Shown here: one piece after another, positions 11,127-23,199 of the stretch | Position numbering within the stretch: the first letter of the stretch is position 1 | How the letters are laid out: the number at the start of each line of letters is the position of its first letter | NCBI RefSeq assembly: GCF_030684315.1 | Contig: NC_081396.1 | Location: 2,294,001-2,358,000, forward strand | DNA length: 64,000 nucleotides | Direction: 5' to 3' | DNA from: Stegostoma tigrinum | Taxonomy: Eukaryota | Program-made: the position numbers and the translations under genes | The notes under the pieces: generated by a model | What the model was told of the DNA's origin: nothing | What the model saw: only the letters and a program-made list of their open reading frames with translations | Databases searched by the model: none

Positions 11127-11622
11127 GGCTTCAGGTTTTGTAATTCGCAGAAAAACAAACAAGAAGATTCCGTAAATGATTTTTTAAGAAAATAATTTAT
11201 ACAGAGAGATGGTTTATATGCACCAAAGATGGTTACTGTTGAAATAATATTGCTGTATTCCAGCTCGGCTATATTCATTTAAACTAGCATTTGTAAGTTT
11301 ATTCACAAATATAAACCATAGAATCCTACAATAGGGAAGAAAGCACTGTATATTGAGATGGTAGTTCTGTATATGTTGACTCTCAAATCGAATATTAAAG
11401 TCTAGCTCAGATCAGGGCCTGGCTTCATTATTTGAGAAACTGAGCGGCATATTTCAGAAACAGGATTAATTGCTTTGTCAGAATCAATGACAGTTACACT
11501 CCCATCAACGACAGCTGCATAAAATCACTTTCTCCTATTCTTTCTTTTTCTCAATTACTCTTTCAGTCCACTTGATTTTTTATTAGGGTCTGAAATTGCT
11601 TGTACGTCTCTCTATCACTCCT

Positions 11623-12175
11623 TCCACATTGATACCATTGGGCTGCAGGGTTCCCAGGCGGGATATGAGTTGCTGTCCCTGCAACCTTCGGCTGGCATCA
11701 TTATGGCACTGCAGGAGGCCCAGGATGGACATGTCGACTTCACAAGCTTCAAAATCTCCCCTTTCCCCCACTGCATCCCAAAACCAGCCTAGCTCGTCCC
11801 CTCCCTCCACCTCATCCCAAAACCAGCCCAGCTCGTCCCCGCCTCCCCAACCTGTTCTTCCTCTCACCTATCCCCTCCACCCACCTCAAGCCGCACCTCC
11901 ATTTCCTACCTACTAACCTCATCCTGCCTCCTTGACCTGTCCGTCCTCCCCGGACTGACCTATCCCCTCCCTACCTCCCCACCTATACTCTCCTCTCCAC
12001 CTATCTTCTCCTCTATCCATCTTCAGTCCGCCTCCCCCTCTCTCCCTATTTATTCCAGAACCCTCTCCCCATCCCCCTCTCTGATGAAGGGTCTAGGCCC
12101 GAAACGTTAGCTTTTGTGCTCCTGAGATGCTGCTTGGCCTGTTGTGTTCATCCAGCTTCACACTTTGTTATCTCG
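11623..12175 (+). mobile_element. Penelope-like element 3' fragment with inverted 5' piece
   Basis: 11623-11735 is the GIY-YIG C-terminus in reverse (MSILGLLQCHNDASRRLQGQQLISRLGTLQPNGINV); 11736-12175 forward pyrimidine-rich 3' region and pseudo-LTR; same family as 36415-37310. Confidence 0.88.
12077..12112 (+). ncRNA. Minimal hammerhead ribozyme core in PLE pseudo-LTR
   Basis: CTGATGA-A-GGGTCTAGGCCC-GAAACGTTA: both core boxes, stem II and palindromic ACGT stem III; stem I weak (~2 bp). Confidence 0.65.
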
Positions 12176-12479
12176 GTATCTGGAATTCACTGCCTGTACG
12201 TGTGGTAAAAGCAGAATATCTTTGTAACGGTTAGGAAGTATTTAGATGTACACTTATAATGCCAAGATACATGGCTAAGTAATAGGATTAGAATAATTAG
12301 TTTTGTTTTTAGGTTTACAATCTTTCTCGGGCCTTCATTCTCTCTTTCACTTTCCTATTCAATTTCTGTGTTTGTTCCTGACTCGTTCCCGAGGTGACAC
12401 GTCCACCTCGAAAGTGAAGCGAAAAGTCTCGCTGATTCGGGCCGTTCTACATTTTCGATGAGTTAACGTTAAAAAAAAA

Positions 12480-13062
12480 ACGAGGTTACATTTCATGGCA
12501 ATAAATGCGCAGGAAATGATCATTCCCCGAGCCGGGGCTATTAACGTGCGCTGTGGGGACGAGCACTAGGAAATGGGGAAACTTGTCTGCGGTGGCAGTG
12601 AATAAGTGGGGAAAGTGACAGGGTACAGAGCATGCGCGGAGCTGTTACTGGCGGTTGACGGAAGTGCTTTTTGTTGTCGGTCCGAAAACGGTCAGAATGT
12701 GGCAGGATGCAGGGAATGATGGATCCAGCGAGAACACGAGGAGGTTGTCTGAAACTCTCGTATAAGCTGCGGTGCTGGAAAAAGTTGTTATCCTTGCCTT
12801 GTTTAAACGAAGTGAAGGCGAGTGGTTAACTGGAGGCTTTCGTCTAAAGCTAGGCCCGGCTTAACGTCCGCCATAATTTATTTGGGCAGTGGGTTTCACG
12901 GCGCATGCGCGATGTCCATCTTTGTAGGGGGCAATATTTGGAAGGACTGAAAGGCATTTGCTGTCCATTGTTCAGAATGGAGAGAAATTGCGCATCAAGC
13001 TGCATTCGCCCTTCACACCCAAAGTCTTATTGATGACCCAGAGCGGCGGCGGAGAAGGTAAG
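12480..13062 (+). promoter_or_regulatory. CpG-rich promoter and first non-coding exon(s) of zinc-finger gene 1
   Basis: High CpG; NRF1-like GCATGCGC (~12630) and GCGCATGCGC (12901); ETS CGGAAGTG (~12659); YY1-like CGCCATAATT and CCATCTTT; donor GAAG|GTAAG at ~13057. Confidence 0.7.
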
Positions 13063-13378
13063 AAGCTCTGTTTGATGTTTTCCGCTACCTCATGGGATGC
13101 GCTGGCTAATGTGTGTAAAGACCTAGCGCCTCCATTCAGTCAAATGAAGATATAGGGCGGAAACTCAGGACCCTGAGTAAATGTTATTGTTAAATCAAGT
13201 GACTGCCAGAAATAACGAGGAACAGTATGTAGCAGCAAGTATGCACATCCTTTGCTTTGATAGGGAGTTAGGAAAGGGTGTTAATAATAGAAAATTTAAA
13301 CCAACGTATTGTTTTGTGTTCTTTTTGAAATTGTTATACTGAACTGACAGTGATGGATGCTGTAAACTTCTTTTGCAG

Positions 13379-13472
13379 ATATCATTTGGGGATTTGCTGA
13401 CAGGAAACCAAAATCCAAATCTCACAAGAAACTCTGACAGAATCACTTGGTTTGCATCACTCGCCTTTGTAA
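13379..13472 (+). other. Probable internal 5' exon of zinc-finger gene 1
   Basis: TTTTGCAG acceptor and GTAAGT donor; homologous to the module upstream of the ATG in the ZNF paralogs. Confidence 0.5.
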
Positions 13473-15116
13473 GTAAGTTCTGAATTCCAGATCTTTATCG
13501 TATGCTGCACAAAATGTTTCTTCGCATGCTCTCTGTGGCACCTCGCCAAAATCTTCAATCAGTGTTTCTTTTAAAGCCAGCTAAGAATTTTTTTTTCCTT
13601 TTCTGCCATCTGTTAATCTTTTACAAACACCTTTATCTCATCCTTACTTGTTCTGCTTCACTCCAAACAGACAATTTCATTTCTCTAGCATAGCAGTGCA
13701 ACTCAAATACTTGATCCCTTGAACTATTTTGGTAAATCTCCTCTGGCCCCTTCCACCCTTCACAATGTGTGGTGATCTCTGGATTGCACAGACCCAAATG
13801 CTCTATGTTGCTGTGTGTGATATCACCACACAGCAATAACTACACAGTGATGTTACCCACCCCTCTTGGATTTTCTCAAATGTGAGATTTTTCTCTGACT
13901 CCAGTGTTTCTGATTTCTTTCCAACTGCAGCTTCCAACAGGAGATTTCAAAATGGTGACATTGTTTGAGAATTTACCTCATATAGATCTCTCCCCCAGTT
14001 ACTTATGCCCTATTATCTAAGAGAGTTTCCATGGCTCTGGGACTGGAGTTGTCCCCTCTACAGCTCTGTTTAATTTCTTCTCTCCCTGATGACTTTTCTG
14101 CTGTTGAATGACTTTCTCGGTCTCTAGTATTGGATGCGTTTTATCTGTGTTTAGTATTACTTCTGCCAACAGCATCTCAGTGAGGTTTTCATTGCTGCCC
14201 ATTCCCCTGACTAGGTATGCAATGATCTAACCAGTTTCATCGTCCCATAGGATCTTTCACAATTGGGAGTTGCTTTTCCTATAACCATTTACTATAACCC
14301 ATTTCTGTTCCACTTCTGAGCTTGCATTGATCATCAAATTTGCTCCAAGTTAGTTCACTGTGATTCATACTGTACATCCTGAGTTAATTATACAATTAAC
14401 TCTTTTTATCACTCCATTGATGCTGCCTTTTTTTTGCTGTTTTCGGCTCAATGGGTCTGAGGGCCTTTTTCTATGCTACAGACCATATGAATCTAAGACT
14501 ATGTCTGTCTTCCAGAGTACCTCCAGCATTTTCTCTCTTTATTTCAGATTTTCAGCAGCTGCAATATTTTGCTACTATTTTATTGCATGCCTTGTTCATG
14601 GGTCGGAGTCCAGAAACACAGATGGACTAAGTAAGAGACGATTTGCGTTAGGTTGGCTGGCTTTGTGTTTAGCCCATGGTCTCCATTTCCACTAAGATAC
14701 TGAATCATTCAGTGACTAAAATACATTGCAACTGGGTTTAATCTCAGCAAGAGAACATCACCTCACCACACTTCCCTATCCTTTCACTAACAAGATTACT
14801 ATACATTGCCTAATCCCCACTTATGTGGAGGAGTGGATGTTTGAGCATCTCAAATTGCATTCCATGTGATGTAGGTACAGAATGACAGAAGTCTTATTGT
14901 ACAAATTAAGCCCATGGTCCCTGCACCAGCTCTCCAATGAACATTATGACTGAGTGCTAGCTGCCTGCTTTTTCCCTGTACCTCTGCACATTCTTTATCT
15001 TTGAATAATCTCCAGTGCCTTGTTAAATCCCTCAGTTGAACCTGCCTTTACTACATGTGCAGGCAGTAAATTCCAAGCACAAATCACTCATTACATAACG
15101 CAGTATTTTCTTGGAT

Positions 15117-15332
15117 AGTAGGAACTGCAGATGCTGGAGAATCTGAGATAACAAGGTGTAGAGCTAGATTAACTCAGCAGGCCAAGCAGCATCAGAGCAG
15201 CAGGAAGACTAATGTTTTGGGCCTAGACCCTTCTTCATTTTCTGACGAAGGGTCTAGTCCCGAAACGTCAGCCTTCCTGCTCCTGTGATGCTGCTTGGCC
15301 TGCTGTGTTCATCCAGCTCTACACCTTGTTAT
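15117..15332. mobile_element. Hairpin PLE-derived mini-element with hammerhead core and 18-bp TSD
   Basis: Exact repeat CGCAGTATTTTCTTGGAT at 15099-15116 and 15333-15350; inverted arms; CTGACGAAGGGTCTAGTCCCGAAACGTCA at 15242-15270. Confidence 0.9.
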
Positions 15333-16613
15333 CGCAGTATTTTCTTGGATCAAATTTGTTCATTTTAAAGTCAATTTAAAACTCTGCCTTCTTGTCGTTG
15401 GTCCATTTATTGACTGTTTCTACTTTTTGACTATCCAAACCATTCACAGTTTTGACATTTTTTCTCGAATGTGGTCTGATTTGCTACAACACTGATAAGT
15501 AATAGGTTCCAAGTAATTCGCCTAGTGATGATGAAGAAATAGTGAAAAATGTACAAATCAGCAACATTGATTTGAAAATAATACAATGTTTCAAAGCATT
15601 TTGCACAAAATGTCAGAAAGCAGTTTTTGACAATGGGCCAAAAACACAGATAATAGAGCAGGCGACTGAATATTTGGCCATGTAATGAGGTATAAAGGAG
15701 TCTTAAAAGGAGGAAAGTGAGTTAAAAAGGCAGGGAGGTTTTGAGAGAAAATCCAGAGTTTGTGGCCTTGGCAACTGAGGGGACGACCTACCAATTCATC
15801 TTGGGCTGAAATAATGCTTCATAGTTGTGAATAGTCTGGTTCACCCTCAAACATTTGCTGGGGAGAGGGATGGAGTTGGTGGTGATGGAGTGAAGTTTGA
15901 AAGAAGAAATAAAAATAATGCCTTCAGTCTTCACAATGTCTAAATGGAGGAGGTATCTGCCTGTCCAGTCCTGGATGCCAGGCAAGTAAGGATGGCGTGT
16001 GATTTGGAGTTGAAGTTGTTCACATACAGTACAGCTGCTACCCTGGGCCTTTTGCATGGTCAATATTGACAGATTGGGAATTCCTGTTGAAATTCGAAAT
16101 GATACCATGTCCCTCTCCTTCACCACCAGCTGGCCTTTCTGTTAATCCCCCATATAGGCTACAGTCTTATGTAGATCTGGACTGGGTGTAGGTGTTCTGC
16201 TCAAGTCATAGACCGTATAAAATCCTTCATTCTCAGTCTCTCCCAAATCATTTTCTCTGTCCTTGCCTCCCCCAACCCTGTCACCCCAATAAAATTGAAG
16301 TTTTGTGCGCGACCAGAGCAAATGGCAGGCTTCCTTCCTGAAGGATGGTTGTGAATCCGTTGGGTTTTTGTTACAATCCAGCCACTTTCATGATAACTAT
16401 CTCCCAGTGCCAGCCCCACACAAATTCCCAGCTTCGATCAGCTCCATTTTCTAACTTGCCTTTGTGTTTTAGTGCCTTCTCCCACACTCTCTTTTTTCAT
16501 GCTTTTAAACAAATTCCACAGGATATCGGAAGGACAGGATTTACATTCGGGCATTTCAAACCACATGTCCCATCAGGATCGGACCAAGCCACCCATATCA
16601 TTGGATTTTGACC

Positions 16614-17318
16614 ATGGAAGGAAACAGCACCGTTCTCAGTGGGGAGAAACCGTACATGTGTCCTGTGTGTGGAAAAAGCTTTGCTGATTCATCCGACCTG
16701 CTGGCACACCAGCGAGTTCACACTGGAGAGAAACCGTTCCACTGCTCCCAGTGTGGGAAGAGATTCAGTCAGTCATCCGACCTGCTGAAACACCAGCGAG
16801 TTCACACTGGAGAAAAACCATTCTACTGCTCCATGTGTAGGAAAGGATTTGCTTGGTCATCCAGCCTGCTGAGACATCAACGTAGTCACGCTAAGGGGAA
16901 ATCATTCACTTGCTGCGATCGTGGCAAAACATTCATTCACTCATCTAAACTTTTGGAACACCAGCAAATTCACATTGGGGAAAAACTATTCACCTGTTCA
17001 GAGTGTGGGAAAGGATTCACTAAGTCATCTAACCTGCTGAGACACCAACAAGTTCATACAGGGGAGAGACCGTTCAGTTGCTCCCTCTGTGGGAAGGGAT
17101 TCACTCAGTCGTCCCACCTGCAGGTACACCAGCGAGTTCACACTGGGGAAAGGCCATTCACCTGCTCTGTGTGTGGGAAAGGATTCACTCAGTCAACACA
17201 TCTGCTGCAGCATCAGCGAGTTCACACTGGCGAGAGACCATTCGCTTGCTCTGTGTGTGGGAAGAGATTCATTCGATCGACCAAACTGTTAACACACCAG
17301 CGTGTTCACACTGGGTAG
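16614..17318 (+). CDS. C2H2 zinc-finger protein (8 finger units, 4th degenerate; no KRAB/SCAN)
   Basis: MEGNSTVLSGEKPYMCPVC...; TGEKP/TGERP linkers; finger 4 has CCDR; TAG replaces the linker Glu after finger 8 and a frameshifted 9th finger follows; acceptor CACAG| at 16521. Confidence 0.9.
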   Translation: MEGNSTVLSGEKPYMCPVCGKSFADSSDLLAHQRVHTGEKPFHCSQCGKRFSQSSDLLKHQRVHTGEKPFYCSMCRKGFAWSSSLLRHQRSHAKGKSFTCCDRGKTFIHSSKLLEHQQIHIGEKLFTCSECGKGFTKSSNLLRHQQVHTGERPFSCSLCGKGFTQSSHLQVHQRVHTGERPFTCSVCGKGFTQSTHLLQHQRVHTGERPFACSVCGKRFIRSTKLLTHQRVHTG

Positions 17319-17859
17319 AAACTGTTCACTTGCTCCACGTGTGGGAAGGGATTCTCATCACATCCATCCTGTTAACACACCAACAAGATCACAATGAACC
17401 ATAGTTGTGAAAGATTTTGCTTTTACTTAACCAAGGAATGAACCAAGGTCATTGGGTTGTTTGTACTGATGTTATTAAACCCTGCTGTACTGAAGGTGCT
17501 GATATTGTGGATGAAACAGCAATGTAATTTTTTAAAATCTGTTGGGTACATTTTGGATATGATCCCAACTTTCTATGCATCATCGTTTTCACAATCATTA
17601 GAGACTGTCCATCTGCCCAGTGTCTGAATGGGGATTTTCTGATTCATCAGGGCTGGATGAACACCAGTAGTTCCCAAGTAACTGTAGAGGTTGGATTTTG
17701 ATGCTATTGGCATTCACTTCCAAACCATATTTGCTGGTGTCTGCTCCTGATGTTTGTAAACACCACAAGTCTGGTTGACTATTTGAGATAAAAATGGTAT
17801 AGTTTGGCTTTCTGTTAGAACTATAGTGCAGCAAGGCTTTATCATATCTATAAGACAGA

Positions 17860-18720
17860 TTAGTTGAGGGGAAGCCATCTGAACAACTTGATTCAAATTT
17901 ATTTGAAGAGATGTCAAGGTGTGTCAATTATGCTTTTAATGTAGTCTACTTGGACCCAAGTAAGACTTTTGATAAGGTTCCATATGGAAGACTGATAGCA
18001 AAGGTAAGACCCCAGAGGATCCACTGAAATTTGGCAAATTGGATCCACGATTGACTGAATTGCAGAAAAGAGAAAACGATGGTTGAGAGATGATTTTTCC
18101 CGGTGTAAATCTATGTCCAGTGGGTTCTCAAAGTAGTTACTGTGGGGGACCTTGCTGGTTTATATCGATGATTTAATCATTATAGGAACATTGATCAGTT
18201 ACTTTTCAGATAATAAAAAAGGGTCCATGATAAGTCATGAGGATGATAGCCATCGATGACCAGGCGATGATTAGTAGCAATTAGAATTCTGTCTGAATAA
18301 ATACAACATAGAACTGTCCCCGACAGTAACTACTTTGAGACCCCGTTGGGCATAGATTTTATACTCTTCCCCCCCCCCCCCCCCCCCCCCCACCCCTGCC
18401 AATGTATCCAAAACGGTATACCTGTTAGAGAAGGGAATAACCACAGGAGACCCCTGCACTATTAGACTGCTTCCCCTGTCGGTCACCCATCTACCTGACT
18501 GAAACTCTAATGTAACCACCTCACTGTAACTAGTGCCTGTCTCTGCCCTCTGAACGTGCCTCAGTATGTCCAACTGTTGCACCAACCAAATAACATTGTC
18601 TGTGAGGAGCTGAAGCTGGTCACACCTCCTTCAGACATAGTCATCAGGGACATTAGACTGCTCCCTGATCTCCACATCTGGCAGGGGGAGCACACCACTG
18701 CACCAGCTGCCATTTCTGCC
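17860..18720. mobile_element. CR1 fragments (RT on +, ORF1-like on -) with a C23 homopolymer at 18369-18391
   Basis: GACTTTTGATAAGGTTCCATATGG (FDKVP motif) on +; SPVVIPFSNRYTVLDT on - is typical of CR1 ORF1. Confidence 0.7.
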
Positions 18721-19339
18721 CCTTTACACTAAGAAAGATAAAAGACTCTTATCTTGGCTGCCTTTCTCAGTGAAACTCAGTATTTGCCTAACCTTGCACT
18801 TATGGGTTCCTTAAATTACAGTGCAATCTTTACAAGCAGACCAAATCTCTCTTGATATGTCTCCTTTTATTTTGGTAGGGGAGGAAAGAAGGTTGGAAAT
18901 GCTATAATGTAATGTTTGGTGCTTACTATTCCTTGACACTGAGTTCTTCCTCACTCCACTGATTAGTCATGTTGACTGCGCCAACTCCTGCAAGAATGCT
19001 CAGCAAAGTCTCTCAGCATCCTGTACTGGATGCCCTTCCTGCTGCTTATCACTGAGGGTGTTCTTCCTCAAAAATGTGAGCTTGGACAGGACAATTAGTC
19101 AGCAAGGTCAGTGGTTAACTGCAAGGTTAGTGATTCATAGACCAGACAATGATGGACACCTTGTTGGTTTTTTCATACATCAACGTTCTCCATGACATTA
19201 TCAATGGAAACTTTGTCTACACGTTAATTCCCCCAGATCTTGCTTGCTGTGTCATCCCATGAGTTGCCAAACAGACAGATTTTTAATGTGTGATGCTGTG
19301 ATTTATGAAGAAACAAATTGGAATTTTTGCCTTAATTTC

Positions 19340-19900
19340 TAAGTGTTGGGTGTTAAAAATAGGGAGATCTTGTCATCACTGTACAAGATGTTTGTGATAC
19401 TGGTGGACTACTTACAGTTCTGGTCCCATAATTTGAGAAGTAGTATTTTGGTATTGAATGCAGTCAGAAAGAGCTTCACTGTGGTGGTTCATACAATAAA
19501 GGATTTGACTGATTCAAGAAACAGGTTAGGCCTTCATTCATTAGAGTTTGGAAGAATATGGGGAGCTTTTATTGAAACATGCAAGATTCTGAGGGGCCTT
19601 TGCAGGGTAGATGATGGCAAGAATGTTCCACTAATCAGTGAATCTTGTACTGGGGACATAGTTACAGAACAAGGGACAGTAAATTAAAACTGAGATGGAA
19701 AGCAATCCCTCTTCTCTCAATAGAAATTAATTTCTGGAATTGTCCACCCCAAGTCATGGAGATTAGATCGCTGAGAGCATTTATACAGGAGGCAGATAAA
19801 TTTTGAAATGGTGAGTTGTGAGCTTTTGACGGTGTGACATTACAGAGAAGTTGAGGTTTCGGGCACATTCAATCCTGATATTCAAGAATGACAGGCTAGA
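19340..19900 (+). mobile_element. Old CR1 3' fragment
   Basis: LYKMFV..YLQFWSHN..RLGLHSLEFGRIWGAFIETCKILRG. Confidence 0.75.
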
Positions 19901-19997
19901 CCTGAAGCAGAAATAGCCCATTTGAACACAATTGTGCTGCTTAACGAATGGGACTTAATGAGGGAAATATGGAAATCGGAATCCATTATACAGACTA

Positions 19998-20025
19998 CAT
20001 CCAACATAGGGCTTGAACCCACAAG
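19998..20025 (-). pseudogene. tRNA 3'-half relic (Lys-like)
   Basis: Minus strand GTGGGTTCAAGCCCTATGTTGGATG is a CpG-decayed match to the tRNA-Lys end GTGGGTTCGAGCCCCACGTTGGGCG. Confidence 0.45.
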
Positions 20026-21094
20026 TATGTGTTAGTCAGGCCACCCAAAACAAGCATTCAGATCCTATTTTATAAGGAGACAAATGTGGTATCAACCTGG
20101 TACTTCTGTGGGTTCTGAATTCCCAGGATTATGAAGGTAATTGTTTCACAAATTCCCAATGTTTTAGTTCATTCCTCTCAATCTCCAGTAATGTCATTGA
20201 CATATTCCACTTCTCAGATATAACTTCTTCAGAACATTGTTATCCAATTTCAGTAACTGTTCCAGGATTTAATATTTAATACACATATTTAATGTTGCCA
20301 TCCTCATCTTTTAAGGACCCTGTATCACCCCCAGTCACTCTTTGAGACAGTGAATAAATGTAACAGTCTGCCGCAATAACCCATTCATCTCTGTTACAGA
20401 AAGAACTGCTCCTCTGCTGAGTCACACTCAATGCTTTCATCAGTTTCTTTGTTCTGCGTGTCACCAACTTCTGCCACTCCTCATTTTGTGGAATGGATTC
20501 TGAGATTTTGGTTACAAAGAAGCTGATGACAGGAAGGATCTGCTGCAGCCATTGCCAAGTTTACGAAACCCCTTTCATTTGCAAAGAAACATTCATGTGG
20601 AAAATCTATCCTCAACTATCAGCTCAGGTTTCCAAATCGAAGCTCAGAGAAAGTGTCGCTCCCTCTATGTAACTTGTAACTTGTACTCGCAGGTTTAATG
20701 AGCGTTCCCATTTGCTTGTTTCACTGGTGCATTGTTCTCTTTGCCTGGCATTTTTTTCACATTGCCTGAATCCTGTCTCTGTCAGTTTGACCCCTCATAT
20801 TTGTTTAATGCCATTCCACTGTTTGCCCCCCCCCACTACATTCCAGAATGATGGGTGAATGGAGTCCTGTTTGGTAACAAGGTATTCTAAAAAGGGAACT
20901 GAGTGTCATATCTCGCTTCATACTGTGGCTTTGATGGATGTCAGTATAACTTATTTCTTACCAGTATTATTTGACTATCCCACTTCATTTTGCATTCCAT
21001 GTCTGTTGGCAGCTGTGCTACCCAGCATTCTGGGAGCTTTGGGAAGTTCCATATTCATGGAACGTGCAATCAGTGCACAGGTGTAGAGTTGATG

Positions 21095-21540
21095 CAGAAG
21101 CGAGCATGCGCAGAATCAGTGATGACAACGCTGGCAGAGATTTCCTTCTCAGCTCTGGAAAAATTACAGGTGAGGCGTGAGGGGAGAGGTGATGTATTGG
21201 GCGAGTAGCCAGATAGATCTCGTGATCTTTTTAAGTAAGACGCAAAATTCAGAAAGCAACATTTGGATGGGCCGTTTTGCGAGAAGCGAGGTCGAATTAG
21301 AGACTGGAGGCTTTCATGCAAAGACAATGCCTCAGTATAATGGGCACCATCTTTTGTTGGGCACTGGGCAGCAGACTGCAGGGGTTGCTCCCATCTTTGG
21401 GGGCAATATTTGAAATGACTGGGAGGAGCTTGCTGCCCATTGTTCAGAATGGAGACAACTTGACCATCAAGCTGCCTTAACCGTTCACACCCAATGTCTT
21501 ATTAGGCAGAGCGGTGACACAGAAGAAGAGGAAAGGAAGC
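21095..21540 (+). promoter_or_regulatory. Decayed paralogous ZNF promoter and first exons
   Basis: GCATGCGCAG, donor ACAG|GTGAGG; 21390-21520 aligns by eye with 12916-13055 (GGGGGCAATATTTG..CCATTGTTCAGAATGGAGA..CATCAAGCTGC..TTCACACCCAA). Confidence 0.65.
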
Positions 21541-23199
21541 AAATGCTGTCCAGACTCCTGTACTTCAGGGGACATCCTGCCCCATTGGTCAAAGATCTGT
21601 GGCTCTTGTTAAGTCCCATGAAGACCCAAAGCAGGAACTCATGACCCTGTGTAGACTCTCCCTCACATCAAGGCATTTTCCAAGGAGAGACAATGAGCAG
21701 CAGGGAATATGTGAGGTCATCCTGGAATAGGAGGGGATAATATTGTGAATTTCTATTCTGAATTGGCAAGGATGGAGTTTTTGTGGTTAGAAAGGGAGGA
21801 TCTACTCACAGTAAGTCAAACCAAGCAAAATCTTTGTCTCTTCTGAGTGTTTATCCCCGACTGATAGTGATGGATTTTGTAAATGTCCTCGATAGGATTT
21901 TCAGTGAGGATGCTGTGACATTACCCATAGTCTTAATATTTTCTCAACAGTGAGACTTTTCTCTGACTCCACTTTTTTGCTGATATCTTTCTAGCTGCTC
22001 GATCCAGCATGAGATTTTAAAACTGGAATCTGTCATTGCAGAGGTGAGTATTTTCGATCATTCACCTACAGTTTTGAGCTGTTTCTGCTGTGCAGTGTTA
22101 TCTTTGAGAGTTTTGATGTGTCTGGTGCTGGTGTGGTTCCTTTAGAAGCTTTTCAGGGCATTTTGTGTGTATGTAATATCAGCAGATATTTAGTTTGTTC
22201 AGCTTCAAGAACAGACAAGTTTTTGGTTTGAAATCTGCAAGTTATCACAAACTGAGAGTTTAAACTGTCTATGGTGTGAGCATTCCTTGATGTGCGGAAT
22301 TTTCTCACTCGAAAGGAACAGGAGAGAATCAATGAGGTAAAACTGAAGGATTTGATATGGTCGTGTAACTTCTGTAAATTAATGGTATTGGAGAGTAGGT
22401 TGCAAAAATTGTTTTGCTTTGAGTTTTAAGATTTTCGTCACTTCTTCCAGATGTTCAGATGGCTTGTTTTCTTCCATCTTCAATGAGATAAATTCTGTTC
22501 TGTTGTTGTGGGGGGAGGGTGGTAAGAACTGCTGTCTCATGTGAATATGTCTCCATGATAGAACAGTATGTTCTCCAACAAAAGAAAATATCAAACATTT
22601 ATCAAGTCAGGTTTCATTCAAAATCTGAGTTGTCCAAATATCCCATCAGTTGGAGTCACAGCAGTTAGAATAATTAATTCTACAGTTAACAAAAGAACGG
22701 ACGAGGGTTTCAGCAACAGGTGAACTGAGATTGGAGTCGAGTGAAGTTGCTGAGGTGGAAAGAGGCAGTCTTAGTGATGATAGGGATACGTGATTAGAAA
22801 GTCATCTTGGGGTGAAATACTTTCTGAACAGCCCAGGCTCAGCCTCAGGTAGTTCATAGGCTGTGATGTGGAGTTGGTGACAAGTGGAATTTGTCATTGA
22901 GGTATAAAGACAATGGCTTCAGTCTTCCCAATATTTAAATTGATAAAATGACAGCTCATTCAGGATGACACCTTGTGTGATTTGGAGGTGATAGTGTTCA
23001 CATTACCCTGCTATCCTTGTCCTTCCCGAAGGTGGGGAGTGAAGGTTTGGAAGTCTCTGTCAAAGTTCTGATCAAGTTCTAGAGAATTGAATGAAGTCTC
23101 CCATGCTCTTGCTCACAACAAATTGGGTGGCAAATTTTAGAAAGGTGCAGAAATAATAGGGATGTTTTCATGGCTGAGTTCAACTTTTTATATAGACTA

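Noticed and set aside
6581-12400. J segments or constant exons
   Set aside because: No FGXG motif with upstream RSS and splice donor, and no C1-set exon seen
20100-20620. Coding-looking non-repeat stretch on the minus strand
   Set aside because: Multiple stops and no recognisable motif; needs BLASTX to decide
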